A DNA stretch of 64,000 nt, from positions 782,675 to 846,674 of the forward strand of contig JACJZV010000001.1 in the NCBI GenBank assembly GCA_020635395.1. The letters run 5' to 3'. Numbering within the stretch: position 1 is the first letter of the stretch; each line of letters opens with the position of its first letter. The stretch is from Flavobacteriales bacterium. Lineage in GTDB: Bacteria; Bacteroidota; Bacteroidia; NS11-12g; UBA9320. The notes under the pieces were generated by a model. That model saw only the letters and a list, made by a program, of their open reading frames with translations, was not told where the DNA came from and ran no database searches. The translations under genes were made by a program, and so were the position numbers. This document shows, one piece after another, positions 62,715-64,000 of this stretch.

Positions 62715-63503
62715 ATGAAAGTAATTAAAAAATTGGCAATTGCCGGAGTGGTGTGCAGCACATTGTTTTTCGGCTCATGTAAAGATGATTCGGTTGACCC
62801 AACTCCAACAAAAACCTGTAGAGTTTCTGAAACTATGGATGATGATGGTTCTAAAACCACCTATACTTGGGATGGCAGTAATTTGGTGGAATTGAGCAAC
62901 ACAGATTCGTTTGGCTCTTTTAAATACGTTTATACATACGAAAGCGGTAAACTTGCTCAAATATCAAGCAGCTCTGACGGTTCAGTGGGAGATGTTTACA
63001 AATTGGTGTACACTGGTAGCCAAGTTACGCGAGTAGATGTTTATGATGGAGCCGATGTTTGGGAATATTACAACATTAGCTACAATACGGATGGAACAAT
63101 TAAAATGGTTGACAACTTTGTGGTAGAAGACCCTTCTGATGTTTTGTATTCAAGTTATGAATACACTTATACTTCAGGTAAATTGACAAAAGTATATATG
63201 ATTCAGGATGCTGATGATGATGGCGTTTTAGATAAAGATGTGGATGACGTATCAACAATTACGGTTAGTGCAACTGACGGCAAAACAAATCCACTATATG
63301 GATTGCCAACTATTTATACTGATTTTTCCGACATTTTTTCTCTTTTGAAAGATAATATGAACGGTGGTATAATCGAATTTGGTGGTATTCCAATTGGTGT
63401 TAGTGCTACTTACGAATACAACTCAGATAATTTGCCAACGAAAAGAACGGCAACTGTTTTTGGTGAAACTACAGTTACCAGCTTTTCTTACAAATGTGAA
63501 TAA
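62715..63503 (+). CDS. Hypothetical lipoprotein (262 aa).
   Basis: The lipobox is FFGSC. The protein is Asp/Thr/Tyr-rich. Confidence 0.5.
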   Translation: MKVIKKLAIAGVVCSTLFFGSCKDDSVDPTPTKTCRVSETMDDDGSKTTYTWDGSNLVELSNTDSFGSFKYVYTYESGKLAQISSSSDGSVGDVYKLVYTGSQVTRVDVYDGADVWEYYNISYNTDGTIKMVDNFVVEDPSDVLYSSYEYTYTSGKLTKVYMIQDADDDGVLDKDVDDVSTITVSATDGKTNPLYGLPTIYTDFSDIFSLLKDNMNGGIIEFGGIPIGVSATYEYNSDNLPTKRTATVFGETTVTSFSYKCE

Positions 63504-63527
63504 TTTAGAAATTCATAAATGATATAA

Positions 63528-63554
63528 GCCCCCGCCGCAGGCGGGGGCTTTTTT
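63528..63554 (+). terminator. Rho-independent terminator.
   Basis: GCCCCCGC cgcag GCGGGGGC is followed by TTTTTT. It is an 8-bp GC stem. Confidence 0.75.
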
Positions 63555-63571
63555 GTATAATAAAGGGTGTC

Positions 63572-64000
63572 ATGAAGTTTAAAATAGATTTTAGTCCGCC
63601 AATCCAGCCAATTATTAATTACAAAATACCAATTATGGCGATTGGTTCTTGTTTTAGCGAAAACATGGCCAAAAACCTCGCGAACCATTGTTTTAAAGTA
63701 TGCAATAACCCAAACGGAATAGTTTATAATCCAATATCTATTGCCGCATCTCTACAAAGAGCCTTGCAAATGACACCTTATTCTGAAAATGATTTAGTTT
63801 TTCTCAATGATGTTTGGTATTCGTGGCATCATCATGGCTGCCATAGCCATACCGACAGGCAAATGCTAATCAATAAGATTAATAAAAATCAGTCAGAAAT
63901 GATTGACATAATAAGTAAACCAAAGGTAAATATAATAGTCACGTTGGGGTCGGCATGGGTATATGAAAAGTATGGTGAGGTGGTTGCAAATTGCCACAAA
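63572..64000 (+). CDS. GSCFA-domain family protein, 3'-partial (runs off the end of the window).
   Basis: The ATG at 63572 is followed by an open frame to base 64000. The N-terminal motif is IMAIGSCFSENMAKNL. Confidence 0.5.
   Translation, partial: MKFKIDFSPPIQPIINYKIPIMAIGSCFSENMAKNLANHCFKVCNNPNGIVYNPISIAASLQRALQMTPYSENDLVFLNDVWYSWHHHGCHSHTDRQMLINKINKNQSEMIDIISKPKVNIIVTLGSAWVYEKYGEVVANCHK

Overview
This 64-kb window looks like chromosomal DNA from an AT-rich member of the Bacteroidota. The evidence is four T9SS C-terminal sorting domains, lipoprotein signals of Bacteroidota type, a fused-ActB alternative complex III operon and a WG-repeat protein. It is gene-dense and mostly housekeeping.

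Housekeeping content:
- sucA (2-oxoglutarate dehydrogenase E1).
- An actABCDEF alternative complex III operon.
- A YbiT-like ABC-F ATPase.
- Two tandem FKBP-type isomerases.
- pcm, a cell-wall amidase and an amidohydrolase.
- groES-groEL.
- A miaB / sigma-54 activator / LptE-like / secG cluster.

Accessory and surface content:
- Four predicted T9SS cargo proteins: a BNR-repeat protein; a giant 3787-aa adhesin built from three beta-helix modules, three YQWQ modules and about 17 PKD domains; a 1244-aa type-B CTD protein; and an esterase.
- A 1118-aa WG-repeat protein.
- A small AT-rich type II restriction-modification island, made of a C5-methyltransferase with an N-terminal HTH and a convergent PD-(D/E)xK nuclease.

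The most unusual locus is at 18.0-19.6 kb. A two-gene cassette (a Hint-domain protein with an unrecognised C-terminal domain, plus a small downstream ORF) is bracketed precisely by two ~70-bp direct repeats. It sits between sucA and a coiled-coil/SDR operon. It looks like an orphan polymorphic-toxin/immunity module carried on a repeat-bounded insert.

Lower-priority oddities:
- In the ACIII operon, ActE carries a C-terminal OmpA-like domain, ActD carries an HhH-like C-terminal extension, and ActF has a His-rich N-terminal segment.
- The ABC-F protein has a completely degenerate second ATP site.

No rRNA, tRNA, CRISPR array, transposase or integrase was found. Several ORF-track start codons are TTG or GTG, so a few starts were adjusted to the first in-frame ATG.
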